Source of the DNA: Candidatus Marinacidobacterales bacterium
GTDB lineage: Bacteria; Acidobacteriota; Vicinamibacteria; Marinacidobacterales; SMYC01
Direction: 5' to 3'
DNA: 64,000 nt
Assembly: GCA_965237955.1 (NCBI GenBank)
Contig: OZ250169.1
Span: 1,632,001 to 1,696,000, forward strand
Part shown: positions 46,746-56,135 of the stretch, one piece after another
How the letters are laid out: each line of letters opens with the position of its first letter
How positions within the stretch are numbered: position 1 is the first letter of the stretch
Made by a program: the position numbers and the translations under genes
The notes under the pieces: model-generated
Database searches by the model: none
What the model was told of the DNA's origin: nothing
Seen by the model: the letters and a program-made list of their open reading frames with translations, nothing else

Positions 46746-48494
46746 ATGAGCCGAGTCTCGGACTTCACGCACCGTTTCCAAGATCGTGTGCGTGAGTTGA
46801 TGGCGCAAAACGAGAGCCAGGTTTTCATGGTTCTCACCATCGTCATCGGCGCGCTCGTCGGTCTTACCATCGTCGCGTTCATTCTCGTGACCGATGGTCT
46901 CGAAGCGCTCCTTTACGCCGAAGGTGGTGCACGTTGGCGCCGGCTGGTGACGCCAATCCTGGCAACGTTGGGTGTCGGGTTTCTTCTCCAACGTTTTTTT
47001 CCCGATGCCCGCGGAAGTGGCGTGCCCCAGACGAAGGCTGCCATGTTTGCTCGGCGAGGAGTCATTCCGTTCCGTACCGTGGTGGGAAAGTTCTTGACGT
47101 CGTCGATGACGCTCGCGAGCGGGATTGCGCTCGGTCGCGAGGGGCCGTCGGTGCAAATCGGTGGCGGGCTCGCCTCGAGTCTCGGTCGAGGGCTGGGCCT
47201 CGCTGGCGACAAGATACAGATGCTCGTCCCCATTGGCGCCGCCGCGGCGCTGGCGGCCGCGTTCAACACTCCGCTCGCCGCCATCTTGTTCGCGCTCGAA
47301 GAGATCGTGGGGAACTTGCACGCGCCGATCCTGGGCTCGGTGGTCGTCAGCGTGTTCACGTCTCTTTTCGTGATGCGTCTGATCCTCGGCAACGACCCCC
47401 TGTTCGAAGTTCCCGCCTACGAAACGGTCCATCCCGGAGAGTTCATCGTCTACGCGCTCTTGGGTGTGATCGGGGGGCTGGTTTCGGTTGTGTTCGTCAA
47501 GCTCATGCTGAGGATGCGAGAGCGTTTTCTCAGTATGCCCCGACGAACTCGCTGGCTTCAGCCAATGGCCGGAGGCGTCGTCGTCGGTGTCATGGCATTC
47601 ACGCTTCCCGAGATATTCCGCTTCGGATACGGCACCGTGGGGCAGGCGCTCAACGGTACCCTTCCACTCACTCAGATGGCAGCTCTGGTGGTGCTCGGCG
47701 TGATCGCCACGGCGGTGTGCTACGCGTCGGGAAACGCCGGAGGCATCTTCGGCCCGAGTTTGTTCATCGGTGCCATGGTCGGGGGCACGCTCGGAAGTGT
47801 CGTCCATGGCTACTTCCCCGACTACACCGCGAGCCCGGGCGCCTATGCGCTCGTGGGCATGGGTACCGCGTTTGCCGGAATCCTGCGTGTACCCATGGTC
47901 TCGGTGATCATGATCTTCGAGCTCACCCATGACTACGCCATCATCGTTCCGCTCATGATCTCGAATTTGATCAGCTTCTTCGTGTCGTACAAGTTGCAAA
48001 AAACACCGCTCTACGAGGCTCTCGCATTGCAGCAAGGCATCCACTTGCCGACATCGGAAAGCCAGAAGCGCCATCTTCAAGTACGGCTGGCGATGCGTCC
48101 GCCGCACGAGACCTTCGAGATCAACATGACGGTGGCCGAATGCCTCGAGCGCGCCGGACACAGCAGCCTGCGCGCCTGGCCGGTGATCGATAAAAACGGC
48201 GTTTGGGGAATCGTGTCGTTGGCGCAAATCGAGAAAGCAGTCGACGGCGAACGCTCGGGAATGAAAATCGGAGATCTGCTGGATTCTCACGTATTCCCGC
48301 ATCTGCACGCGGATCATTCCCTCGATCTCGCCCTCGAGCGGATGGGTAAGGTAGGCTACGATCTGCTGCCGGTTGTGAGCCGTGCCAACGTGCACGAAAT
48401 GGAAGGTGTGTGCTCGCTCCTCGACGTGCTGAGCGCGTTTGGTGTACACGGCAAAAATCCCGGCGGTCCGCCCGACGTCGACGACCAAAGGTAA
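46746..48494 (+). CDS. ClC chloride channel/antiporter with CBS domains
   Basis: GSGVP, GREGP, AFNTPLAA, GIFGPS; CBS pair; TATAAT at 46725-46730. Confidence 0.92.
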   Translation: MSRVSDFTHRFQDRVRELMAQNESQVFMVLTIVIGALVGLTIVAFILVTDGLEALLYAEGGARWRRLVTPILATLGVGFLLQRFFPDARGSGVPQTKAAMFARRGVIPFRTVVGKFLTSSMTLASGIALGREGPSVQIGGGLASSLGRGLGLAGDKIQMLVPIGAAAALAAAFNTPLAAILFALEEIVGNLHAPILGSVVVSVFTSLFVMRLILGNDPLFEVPAYETVHPGEFIVYALLGVIGGLVSVVFVKLMLRMRERFLSMPRRTRWLQPMAGGVVVGVMAFTLPEIFRFGYGTVGQALNGTLPLTQMAALVVLGVIATAVCYASGNAGGIFGPSLFIGAMVGGTLGSVVHGYFPDYTASPGAYALVGMGTAFAGILRVPMVSVIMIFELTHDYAIIVPLMISNLISFFVSYKLQKTPLYEALALQQGIHLPTSESQKRHLQVRLAMRPPHETFEINMTVAECLERAGHSSLRAWPVIDKNGVWGIVSLAQIEKAVDGERSGMKIGDLLDSHVFPHLHADHSLDLALERMGKVGYDLLPVVSRANVHEMEGVCSLLDVLSAFGVHGKNPGGPPDVDDQR

Positions 48495-48941
48495 ATGATG
48501 AAAGCCGTCGTACAACGCGTGAGCTCGGCAAGCGTCGTCGGCGGCGACGAGCGCGTGGGAGAGATCGCTCGAGGTCTTCTCGTGCTTCTCGGCGTTGCTG
48601 ATGGTGATGACGCGAAAGACGCCCGGTGGATGGCGGAGAAGATCGTCTCGTTGCGCATTTTCGAAGACGACGATGGAAAGATGAATCTCTCGCTCGAGGA
48701 TGTCGGTGGCGCGCTCCTCACGGTGTCTCAGTTCACGCTTCTCGGCGATTGCCGGAAAGGGCGCCGGCCGTCGTTCGTCAAGGCGGCGCGTCCCGAGCTC
48801 GCCGAAAAGCTCTATCGAGAGTTCGTGGGCATCGTGGAAGGCCTGGGCGTGCCCACAGCGACGGGACGATTTCAAGCCCATATGGCCGTCTCGCTCGTGA
48901 ACGATGGGCCGGTGACCATTCTGGTGGAGAGTCCCGCATGA
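48495..48941 (+). CDS. dtd: D-aminoacyl-tRNA deacylase
   Basis: AVVQRV, LRIF, SQFTL, NDGPVT. Confidence 0.97.
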   Translation: MMKAVVQRVSSASVVGGDERVGEIARGLLVLLGVADGDDAKDARWMAEKIVSLRIFEDDDGKMNLSLEDVGGALLTVSQFTLLGDCRKGRRPSFVKAARPELAEKLYREFVGIVEGLGVPTATGRFQAHMAVSLVNDGPVTILVESPA

Positions 48942-49918
48942 TGGCAGCTCTTGTTTTGCTCGTGGCTTTGGAGTCTCAGCCGGAGCAAGTGGTCTCGCGA
49001 CTGTTCGCGGCCACGGCTGATGGCCCCTACGTCACCTACAGCTGGGGGGAGCATTGGGTACGTCTACGTCCCGACCTCCGCGGCTTCGAAGGAAACATTG
49101 CGACGTTCGCTTGTTTGGGACCGGCTGTCTACGCCGGCGGCTCCGAGGGCATTTTTATCTCCGACGATTATGGAGAGAGCTACGTGCGCGTCGACAGCTT
49201 TCCGGGAAAAGACGTGACCACGTTTCACACTGCGCGGCTGTTCGCTCTCGAGCCGACGATCTTCGCGGGCACGACCTCGGGGCTCTACCGGTCTACCGAC
49301 GGTGGGACCGAGTGGATGCACGTTGGGGCGGGACAAATTACGAGCGCGGTGCACGACACCGCTTGGCCCGGCCCTCAGTTCTTCGCCGCGACCGACGGAG
49401 GCCTGTTCGTTTCGGAAGATATCGGTGAGTCGTGGGAGCGTCTCGACACCGGTCTTCCGACGGGGCCGCTTCTTTCCATGGTCGTCTCTCGCTTCTTCCT
49501 CGCCGATCCGATGATCATCGTTGGCTCGCGCGTCGCCGGCCTTTATCGAAGCTCCGACGGAGGCGCTAGTTTCGAGCCAATAGGCGACAAGGCAATGACG
49601 TCGAGAACAGTGCACGCCCTCTATTGGTGGGACGCGCTTCTTCTGATGGGAACGGACGATGGATTGTTTTTGTCCGATGATGCCGGCGACACACTGCGAC
49701 CGGCCGAAGCGCTCGACGGCCACGCCGTCTTGTCCCTTTCGGTGCCTGCGCCCGACAGCCCCCGGAGTGACATTCTCCTCGGCACCGACAGGGGCGTCTT
49801 CAAAAGCTCCGACGGCGGCGCGAGCTTCAGGCTCATGACGGAAGGACTCGGTGTTCCGAGTGTCAACGAGCTGAGCACGTTCCCCGCGCCGGCGCAGGAT
49901 CGCGAACGTTCTCGCTGA
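48938..49918 (+). CDS. BNR/Asp-box repeat beta-propeller protein
   Basis: Repeated SxDxGxxW/F ([32 protein letters not shown]). Confidence 0.8.
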   Translation: MMAALVLLVALESQPEQVVSRLFAATADGPYVTYSWGEHWVRLRPDLRGFEGNIATFACLGPAVYAGGSEGIFISDDYGESYVRVDSFPGKDVTTFHTARLFALEPTIFAGTTSGLYRSTDGGTEWMHVGAGQITSAVHDTAWPGPQFFAATDGGLFVSEDIGESWERLDTGLPTGPLLSMVVSRFFLADPMIIVGSRVAGLYRSSDGGASFEPIGDKAMTSRTVHALYWWDALLLMGTDDGLFLSDDAGDTLRPAEALDGHAVLSLSVPAPDSPRSDILLGTDRGVFKSSDGGASFRLMTEGLGVPSVNELSTFPAPAQDRERSR

Positions 49919-49923
49919 CCGAT

Positions 49924-50472
49924 ATGGCGGGCGTTCTCCGGGGGCTCGTCATCGGCGAGCTTGCTCTCGGGATGGTGGCGCTCGTGTGGGCGCTCCGGAG
50001 CGAGACGAGTATTCCGTATGGCGTCGACGCCGAGACGCTTCTCGTGGCGCTCGGGCTCACCGTCGTTCTCGCGGTGGTGAACTTCGGGTTGTTTTTCATC
50101 GGTCGGCGCTTCGAGTTCACCCGGCATGTATATGCTTTCTTCGACGACGAGATTTTTCCGCTGTTACGCGAAGCCACGGTGATCGACATCGTCGTCCTCG
50201 CCGCGGTCGCGGGATTCTCGGAGGAGCTCTTGTTCCGGGGCATCTTGCAGCCGCGGATGGGACTCGTCGCGTCGAGCCTCTTGTTCGGTTTGCTTCACGG
50301 GCCGGACTATAAGCTCTGGCCGTTCGCTTTGTGGGCGGCCGCCGTTGGCGCGGGGTTCGGTCTCGTCTACCGCGAAACAGAGAACATGGCGATCCCGATG
50401 CTGGTTCACGCGTTCTACGACGGCCTCGCTCTCGCCTACATACGATGGACGCCCCCGAAGGCGGACCCGTAG
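49924..50472 (+). CDS. CPBP family intramembrane glutamic endopeptidase
   Basis: EELLFRG, FGLLH, HAFYD. Confidence 0.9.
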   Translation: MAGVLRGLVIGELALGMVALVWALRSETSIPYGVDAETLLVALGLTVVLAVVNFGLFFIGRRFEFTRHVYAFFDDEIFPLLREATVIDIVVLAAVAGFSEELLFRGILQPRMGLVASSLLFGLLHGPDYKLWPFALWAAAVGAGFGLVYRETENMAIPMLVHAFYDGLALAYIRWTPPKADP

Positions 50473-50473
50473 C

Positions 50474-51274
50474 ATGACGCCCGTGCCGATACCATTCGCC
50501 AAGACCGAAGCCCATGGGAACGACTTCCTCGTCGTTTCCGAGGAGCATGCGACGGATGCGCCGTCCGAGCTCGCCATCGCGATGTGCGATCGCCTTCGGG
50601 GTATCGGCGCCGATGGCTTGATCCTCTATCGCCGCGAGAACGGCCGCTTCGTGATGACGCTCTTCAATAGCGACGGCTCTTCCGCTGAAATTTCTGGTAA
50701 CGGTCTTCGCTGCCTTGCCGCGTATCTGACCCGCGCGGACCTCGTGACGGGATCCGAGATCGAAGTCGAGACAGGCGCGGGGCTATTGAAGCTGAGCGCG
50801 CTCGGACGCGAGGGCACGACTTTCCGGTTCCGAGCCGATATGGGAGCGCCGCGCGACGTGAGCGCCGGGGTTACCATCGATGTCGGGGGAAGGGATGTCG
50901 TTGCGACGACGCTCTCGATGGGCAATCCTCACTGCGTGGTGTTCGCTGAGCGCGAAGCGCTCCGTGAGCTCGGACCGATCCTCGAGAGTCATCCTTACTT
51001 TCCCGACAGAACGAACGTCGAGCTCGTCGAAGTTGTGGATCGACACACGATCCGTATGGCGATCTGGGAGCGAGGCGCCGGCGAAACCGCCTCGTCGGGA
51101 ACGGGATCGTCGGCGTCGGCGGTGGCCGCGATCGTCAACGCACACGTGGACAGCCCCGTCGAAATACACTGTCCGGGCGGTACTCTCGAAGTCGAATGGA
51201 CCGAAGGCGAAAGTGTCTTCCTCACCGGCGACGCCGTCGTCGTCGCCGATGGCAACTACTGGAGACAGGCATGA
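50474..51274 (+). CDS. dapF: Diaminopimelate epimerase family protein with Ser in place of both catalytic Cys
   Basis: GNDF, GIGADG, NSDGSSAEISGNG, SMGNPH, NVE, WERGAGETASSGTG. Confidence 0.85.
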   Translation: MTPVPIPFAKTEAHGNDFLVVSEEHATDAPSELAIAMCDRLRGIGADGLILYRRENGRFVMTLFNSDGSSAEISGNGLRCLAAYLTRADLVTGSEIEVETGAGLLKLSALGREGTTFRFRADMGAPRDVSAGVTIDVGGRDVVATTLSMGNPHCVVFAEREALRELGPILESHPYFPDRTNVELVEVVDRHTIRMAIWERGAGETASSGTGSSASAVAAIVNAHVDSPVEIHCPGGTLEVEWTEGESVFLTGDAVVVADGNYWRQA

Positions 51275-51939
51275 AGAAGGTCATCATGGCCGGGTGCTTG
51301 CTGGTCGCGTCTCAGGCGATGGCCGAGGACGCGAATTGGAAGCCGAGAAGTATCGGCTTCCTCGTCCTCGAAGGTGTGTACGTTGTACCCATGGACGTGA
51401 TGCAGCACGTCATCGGCCGCGTCGAGCCCGCGCCGAAGGTGTTCACCGTCGGGCTCAGGAAAGATCCGGTGCGCACCTACGAAGGGCTTAGAATTATTCC
51501 GGACTACGACCTAGACGACGCTCCTGAGATCGACATTCTCGTCGTCCCCAGCACCTCCGGCAGCCGTTGATCGCGATCGCAAGAACGAAAAGCTCGTTGC
51601 CTGGGTCGCCGAGCGGGAGCCAAAGCCCGCCACGTGATATCGCTTTGTTGGGGCGCGTTTCTTCTCGCCGAAGCGGGATTGCTGGACGGAGGTCCGGCGA
51701 CAACCTTTCCCACCGAATGGGACCAAATGGAAAGGGAATACCCGAAGATCGATGTGCAACGAGACCACTCGTTCGTCGATGCCGGGCACGCGCTGACATC
51801 GGTGGGCGGGGTGAAAAGCTACGAGATCGCGATGTACTTCGTCGAGAACCGGTACGGCAAAGAGGTGACGGCAGGAATCGCCGAGGGCCTGGTCATGGAT
51901 GGGGACATCGAAGCGCTCCACTACGTGAAGCGAAAGTAG
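51271..51939 (+). CDS. DJ-1/PfpI family protein; frameshift near 51567
   Basis: GLRIIPD, DILVVP, then SLCWGAFLLAEAGLLDG in the next frame. Confidence 0.75.
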
Positions 51940-51955
51940 CGTAGGAGCGCCGAAA

Positions 51956-52882
51956 TCAGGTGTCCAGTCCCATTTCCTCGAGCGAGTTCGCCATGAGAAT
52001 TCGCTCGAGGCACGCGTCGAGCTCCTCCTTTGAATCCATCACCTCGACTCGTGCAGTGACCGGCTCCGGTAGCGAGCCATACTTCTGAGCCAGCAGACGT
52101 AATAGCGTCTCGCGTTTCCCTTTCAGGACACCAGCCTTGACTCCCTTCTCCTCTCCCTCACGGAGGAGTTTATCCATCCATGTCAGGTCTACGTCTTGCA
52201 CTTTCCGATACTCCTTTCTCGCGATTAGCCGCCGATATCGCTTGATCTGTGCGTCTGAAAGCTCAAAATAGGTCTCGATGATGTTCACCAGCAAGAATTG
52301 CCTTGCTTCGTCGAGCTCGCTGGTAACGACCTGCTTCATCATCGAGGCTCGTAGGCGCTCGATATCGCCGCTCGAGGACCGATCCATCAGCGCCGCGAGC
52401 GCTGCTCCCACCGGGCCACCTTGTTTAAGATACTCCTCCGCATTCAACCGTTCCAGTCGCACGCTTTCGTAGCGAAAGCGAAGGACGTCCCGCCCAAAGA
52501 GCTTCACGTGGTATTCCTCTTGGCTCGTTCCCGCGTCCCCTCCGTGGAGATACAAGACGATCGGGAAGATGGGAATCTTGTATCGCGACCACAACAGGGC
52601 GTAGTACTCGAACATCCTCGCTTCGAACTCTCGCTCCGGTCGAGACTGGATTTCGACGTAGATCAGAACGAGCTCCGGGCTTCCATCAAAAGTCTCGAGC
52701 TTGGCAACGACATCGGCCTCACGGCGTTCGCCGTCGGGAAAGTCGATAAACATCTCCGTCTCCGGAAATTCGATGTCTTGGAATTGAAGCCGCGCTTCGA
52801 CGTCGGGGTAGAACAGCTTCAGGAAAACCTGGAAGAACTCGCGCAAGAACTCCTTGAAGCGCTGGTCGTGGCTCACATCCAT
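51956..52882 (-). CDS. Rpn-like PD-(D/E)XK nuclease / putative transposase (DUF4351-like C-terminus)
   Basis: HDQRFKEFL, ADVV, VEIQS, RMFEYY, PIVLY, GEEKGVKAG tail. Confidence 0.8.
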   Translation of the reverse strand: MDVSHDQRFKEFLREFFQVFLKLFYPDVEARLQFQDIEFPETEMFIDFPDGERREADVVAKLETFDGSPELVLIYVEIQSRPEREFEARMFEYYALLWSRYKIPIFPIVLYLHGGDAGTSQEEYHVKLFGRDVLRFRYESVRLERLNAEEYLKQGGPVGAALAALMDRSSSGDIERLRASMMKQVVTSELDEARQFLLVNIIETYFELSDAQIKRYRRLIARKEYRKVQDVDLTWMDKLLREGEEKGVKAGVLKGKRETLLRLLAQKYGSLPEPVTARVEVMDSKEELDACLERILMANSLEEMGLDT

Positions 52883-52976
52883 CTCCTCTCACAAGAGAGA
52901 AGACGAGAAAAGGTACGCGGAACCTCCTTTGTCGCTCGTGCTTTTTTTGCCCGTAGCCGCTACGATGGGCGTCGGT

Positions 52977-55577
52977 ATGGAGCTCGAGCGAGGCACGTCG
53001 CTGGGTCACTACGAGATCGAGTCCCTCGTGGGTGCGGGGGGCATGGGCGAGGTGTACAAGGCCCGTGATACGAAGCTCGGCAGAGCCGTTGCCATCAAAG
53101 TCCTGCCCGAGGCACTAGCGCAAGACAAGGAGCGCCTCGACCGCTTCGAGCGCGAGGCCCGGCTTCTCGCGGCGTTGAACCATCCGAACATTGCGACGCT
53201 TCACGGGATGGAGCAATCGGGGGAGCTTCGGTTTCTGGTGATGGAGCTCGTCGAAGGCGAGACGCTCGCGGAGCGGATCGCGCGGGGTGCCATTCCGCTC
53301 GACGAAGCGGTTGCTCTGTTCGGTCAAATTGCCGAAGGGCTCGAGGCCGCGCACGAGAGAGGCATCGTCCACCTGGACCTCAAGCCTGCGAACATCAAGA
53401 TCTCTCCCGAAGGCCGGGTGAAGATTCTGGATTTCGGACTCGCCAAGGCGTTCTCCACCGACGGGGACGTTTCCGGGGAAACGTCTCAGTCTCCGACGTT
53501 GACTAGGGGCACCGCTCTCGGCGCCATCATGGGCACAGCGTCGTACATGAGCCCTGAGCAAGCGCGGGCGAAACCCATCGACAAGCGCACCGACATATGG
53601 GCCTTCGGCTGTTGCCTCTACGAAGCGCTGACGGGTCGGAAGGCGTTCGACGGTGAGACTGTAAGCGACATCATCGGCTCCGTGCTCCGCGACGAGCCCG
53701 ACACGAGCTCGTTGCCCGAGGAAGGCTCCCGTCTGATCGAGCGGTGTTTGAAGAAAGATCCGCGCGCGCGGATCCGTGACATCGGCGATGTGCGATGGGA
53801 ATTGAAGGAGCCGGTCGCGCCCACGAAGGTTGCGTCTCGACCAACGCTTTCGTTCGTGCCCTGGCTCCTGCTCGCGCTCGCGACGGCGGCGGGCCTCGGC
53901 TTCGCGTTCCGCGGCGTATCCAACGACGTTCGGGTAACGCGCTACATCACGAGCTTGCCGGAGGACGTGCGGATTGACGGCAATACGCCCGTACAACACG
54001 TGGCGTTTTCTCCCGACGGCTCACGCATCGTCTACGCGGTTCGAGGCAGCGGCGAGGACCTCCACCTTTACCTTTTGGAGCGAAACGAGTTCACCGCGAC
54101 GCGGATTCCCGGCACCGAGGGCGCACAGAATCCTTTTTTCTCGCCCGACGGCAATTGGATTGGGTTTTTTGCCGGTGACAATTTGAAAAAGATTTCGCTG
54201 GCCGGGGGCGCGCCGATCACGATCTGCGAAGCCGACCGCAGCCCCGGCGCGAGCTGGGGTCCCGACGATACCATCATCTACCCGGGCTCCTACCAGGGTG
54301 GCTTGATGACGGTATCTGCCGGCGGTGGCGAGCCGAAGGCGCTGACGACGTTAGCTCCGGGAGAGACGGGGCACCGCTGGCCGCAACATCTACCCGACGG
54401 AGAGCGCATCCTGTTCTCGATTCGAGCCGAGACCGGTACGCAGATTGCCGTCGAGTCGCTGCGAACGGGTGAGAGAAAGACGCTGTTCGACGAAAGCTCG
54501 GGAGTGACGCAGGCGCTCTATCTTCTCTCGGGTCACCTTCTCTACGATCAGCCCGGGAGTCTACTAGCGTCCGCGTTCGATGTGGATGCTCTGGAGACGG
54601 TCAGCACACCAGCGTCCGTTCTGGATGGTGCCCATACGCACCAGGTAGGCGGACTCACCCACTTCGCGGTCTCGGGAACGGGAGATATCGTCTTTTTGCC
54701 CAGCTCGGCCACACGCACGATGGCGTCTCTTCGTGAGTTGACCCGTGATCGAGAGTGGTTGGAGCTCTCAGAAGTTCACCGCCGGTTCAGATACCTGGCT
54801 TTGGACCCGGAGGGCCAGCGAATCGCTCTCAACATTGCCGGTGATGACGGTGACGGTGAGATCTGGTTGTACGACATCGTCCGCTCCTCGCTCTCTCCTC
54901 TATCGCGGGAAGGGGCTTCCTACTTCAGACCCGTGTGGACGCCAGACGGCCGCCGCGTGACCTTTGCGCGCAGCCAGGGCGGCCTCGCCCCCAATCTCTA
55001 CTGCACGCCGGCCGATGGCAGCGGTAACGCTATCGAGCTTCTCGAAGGTGGTGGGGCTCGTTTCCCAAGCTCGTGGACGCCCGACGAAACTGCCCTGGTG
55101 TGGGGGAACGCGTTCATCATCGAGGTGCTGCGCACCGATGGTGGGAGCGAGCGGTATATGACTGGGGCGTGGCGGGTTGGGGCTCAAACCTTGTCTCGGG
55201 ACGGTCGCTGGCTCGCCTATGTCTCCAGTGATTCTGGTCGACCCGAGGTGTACGTCACGTCGTTTCCCACTCCGGGAGCTCGGGTCCCAGTTTCGATCGA
55301 AGGTGGAGACGTTCCCAGGTGGTCGTCGGACGGTCGAAGGCTTTATTTCCTCAGCGGTCCGCGCATCATGGTCGTCGATGTCGATATTGAGACGGCAGCA
55401 GAGAGTTTTGTTGCCGGTGTCCCGCAATTGGTTGCCGAGGCGGACGTGATCGATTTCGATGTGACTCCGGATGATCGCATCATCGCGATCTGGCCCGAGG
55501 GCTCACGGGGATGGGATCGGCTCCACGTCGTCCTCAATTGGTTCGAGAGACTGAAAGAGCTCGTGCCGGTCGAATGA
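52977..55577 (+). CDS. Ser/Thr protein kinase - TM - PD40/TolB-like propeller protein
   Basis: GAGGMGEVY, HLDLKPAN, DFG, YMSPE; TM; FSPDG/WTPDG/WSSDG repeats. Confidence 0.92.
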   Translation: MELERGTSLGHYEIESLVGAGGMGEVYKARDTKLGRAVAIKVLPEALAQDKERLDRFEREARLLAALNHPNIATLHGMEQSGELRFLVMELVEGETLAERIARGAIPLDEAVALFGQIAEGLEAAHERGIVHLDLKPANIKISPEGRVKILDFGLAKAFSTDGDVSGETSQSPTLTRGTALGAIMGTASYMSPEQARAKPIDKRTDIWAFGCCLYEALTGRKAFDGETVSDIIGSVLRDEPDTSSLPEEGSRLIERCLKKDPRARIRDIGDVRWELKEPVAPTKVASRPTLSFVPWLLLALATAAGLGFAFRGVSNDVRVTRYITSLPEDVRIDGNTPVQHVAFSPDGSRIVYAVRGSGEDLHLYLLERNEFTATRIPGTEGAQNPFFSPDGNWIGFFAGDNLKKISLAGGAPITICEADRSPGASWGPDDTIIYPGSYQGGLMTVSAGGGEPKALTTLAPGETGHRWPQHLPDGERILFSIRAETGTQIAVESLRTGERKTLFDESSGVTQALYLLSGHLLYDQPGSLLASAFDVDALETVSTPASVLDGAHTHQVGGLTHFAVSGTGDIVFLPSSATRTMASLRELTRDREWLELSEVHRRFRYLALDPEGQRIALNIAGDDGDGEIWLYDIVRSSLSPLSREGASYFRPVWTPDGRRVTFARSQGGLAPNLYCTPADGSGNAIELLEGGGARFPSSWTPDETALVWGNAFIIEVLRTDGGSERYMTGAWRVGAQTLSRDGRWLAYVSSDSGRPEVYVTSFPTPGARVPVSIEGGDVPRWSSDGRRLYFLSGPRIMVVDVDIETAAESFVAGVPQLVAEADVIDFDVTPDDRIIAIWPEGSRGWDRLHVVLNWFERLKELVPVE

Positions 55578-55581
55578 ACGG

Positions 55582-56097
55582 CTAATCCCTGAACCTCTGC
55601 TCGAAGGCGAGTAGCTCGGGCTTCAATTGGCGAGCTTGCTCGAGTGCGGTGAGCAGGTCTCCGCCATCAGCGGTGGACTTCACCGCGCGGTAGCGCTCGC
55701 CGAACGCCTCTAGCTCACTTGGCGCATCTGCGCCGGCACCGCGGGAGCGGGCGATTGCCATCAAGCCGTCGAGCTCCTGGAGGCATCGCTCGAGGTGTCG
55801 CTCCACGATACTTCTTTCGATCGTCGACACGTCGAACGCGTCGTCGGCGTGCATCACCGTCTCGGCGGCCGCATGGATAGCGGCAAGGTAGCTGCCATCC
55901 TCGGTGAGGCTTTGCGCGGTCGCGAGCGCCGATTCGGCGTGGCCAAGTCGTTCGGGGGCGAATATCGCAGCGTCGACCGATCGAGCTGCCTCGACGCGAT
56001 TCGCTGCTAAGCTGAGCTCGGCGTCGGGCGCTTGCGCACAAGCGCTGGAAAAAAATAACGCAAAGGCGCAAAGGCGCAGAGGCGCAAAGTCAGGCAC
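55582..56097 (-). CDS. Helical lipoprotein (DUF4398-like)
   Basis: GTG at 56097 gives MPDFAPLRLCAFALFFSSAC lipoprotein signal; Ala-rich helical repeats. Confidence 0.55.
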   Translation of the reverse strand: MPDFAPLRLCAFALFFSSACAQAPDAELSLAANRVEAARSVDAAIFAPERLGHAESALATAQSLTEDGSYLAAIHAAAETVMHADDAFDVSTIERSIVERHLERCLQELDGLMAIARSRGAGADAPSELEAFGERYRAVKSTADGGDLLTALEQARQLKPELLAFEQRFRD

Positions 56098-56135
56098 GGT
56101 TCCCTTTGCGTCTTCGCGTCTTGGCGCCTTTGCGT
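56057..56135. repeat. Intact ACGCAAAG/GGCGCAAAG palindromic repeat
   Basis: AACGCAAAGGCGCAAAGGCGCAGAGGCGCAAAG-loop-CTTTGCGTCTTCGCGTCTTGGCGCCTTTGCGTT. Confidence 0.85.

Noticed and set aside
46710-48881. Long antisense ORF (723 aa) and similar shadows such as 44939-46546 and 39413-40720
   Set aside because: Opposite well-supported genes; expected in high-GC DNA; no motifs
51956-52882. Rpn-like gene as a bounded mobile element
   Set aside because: No terminal inverted repeats or target duplication found
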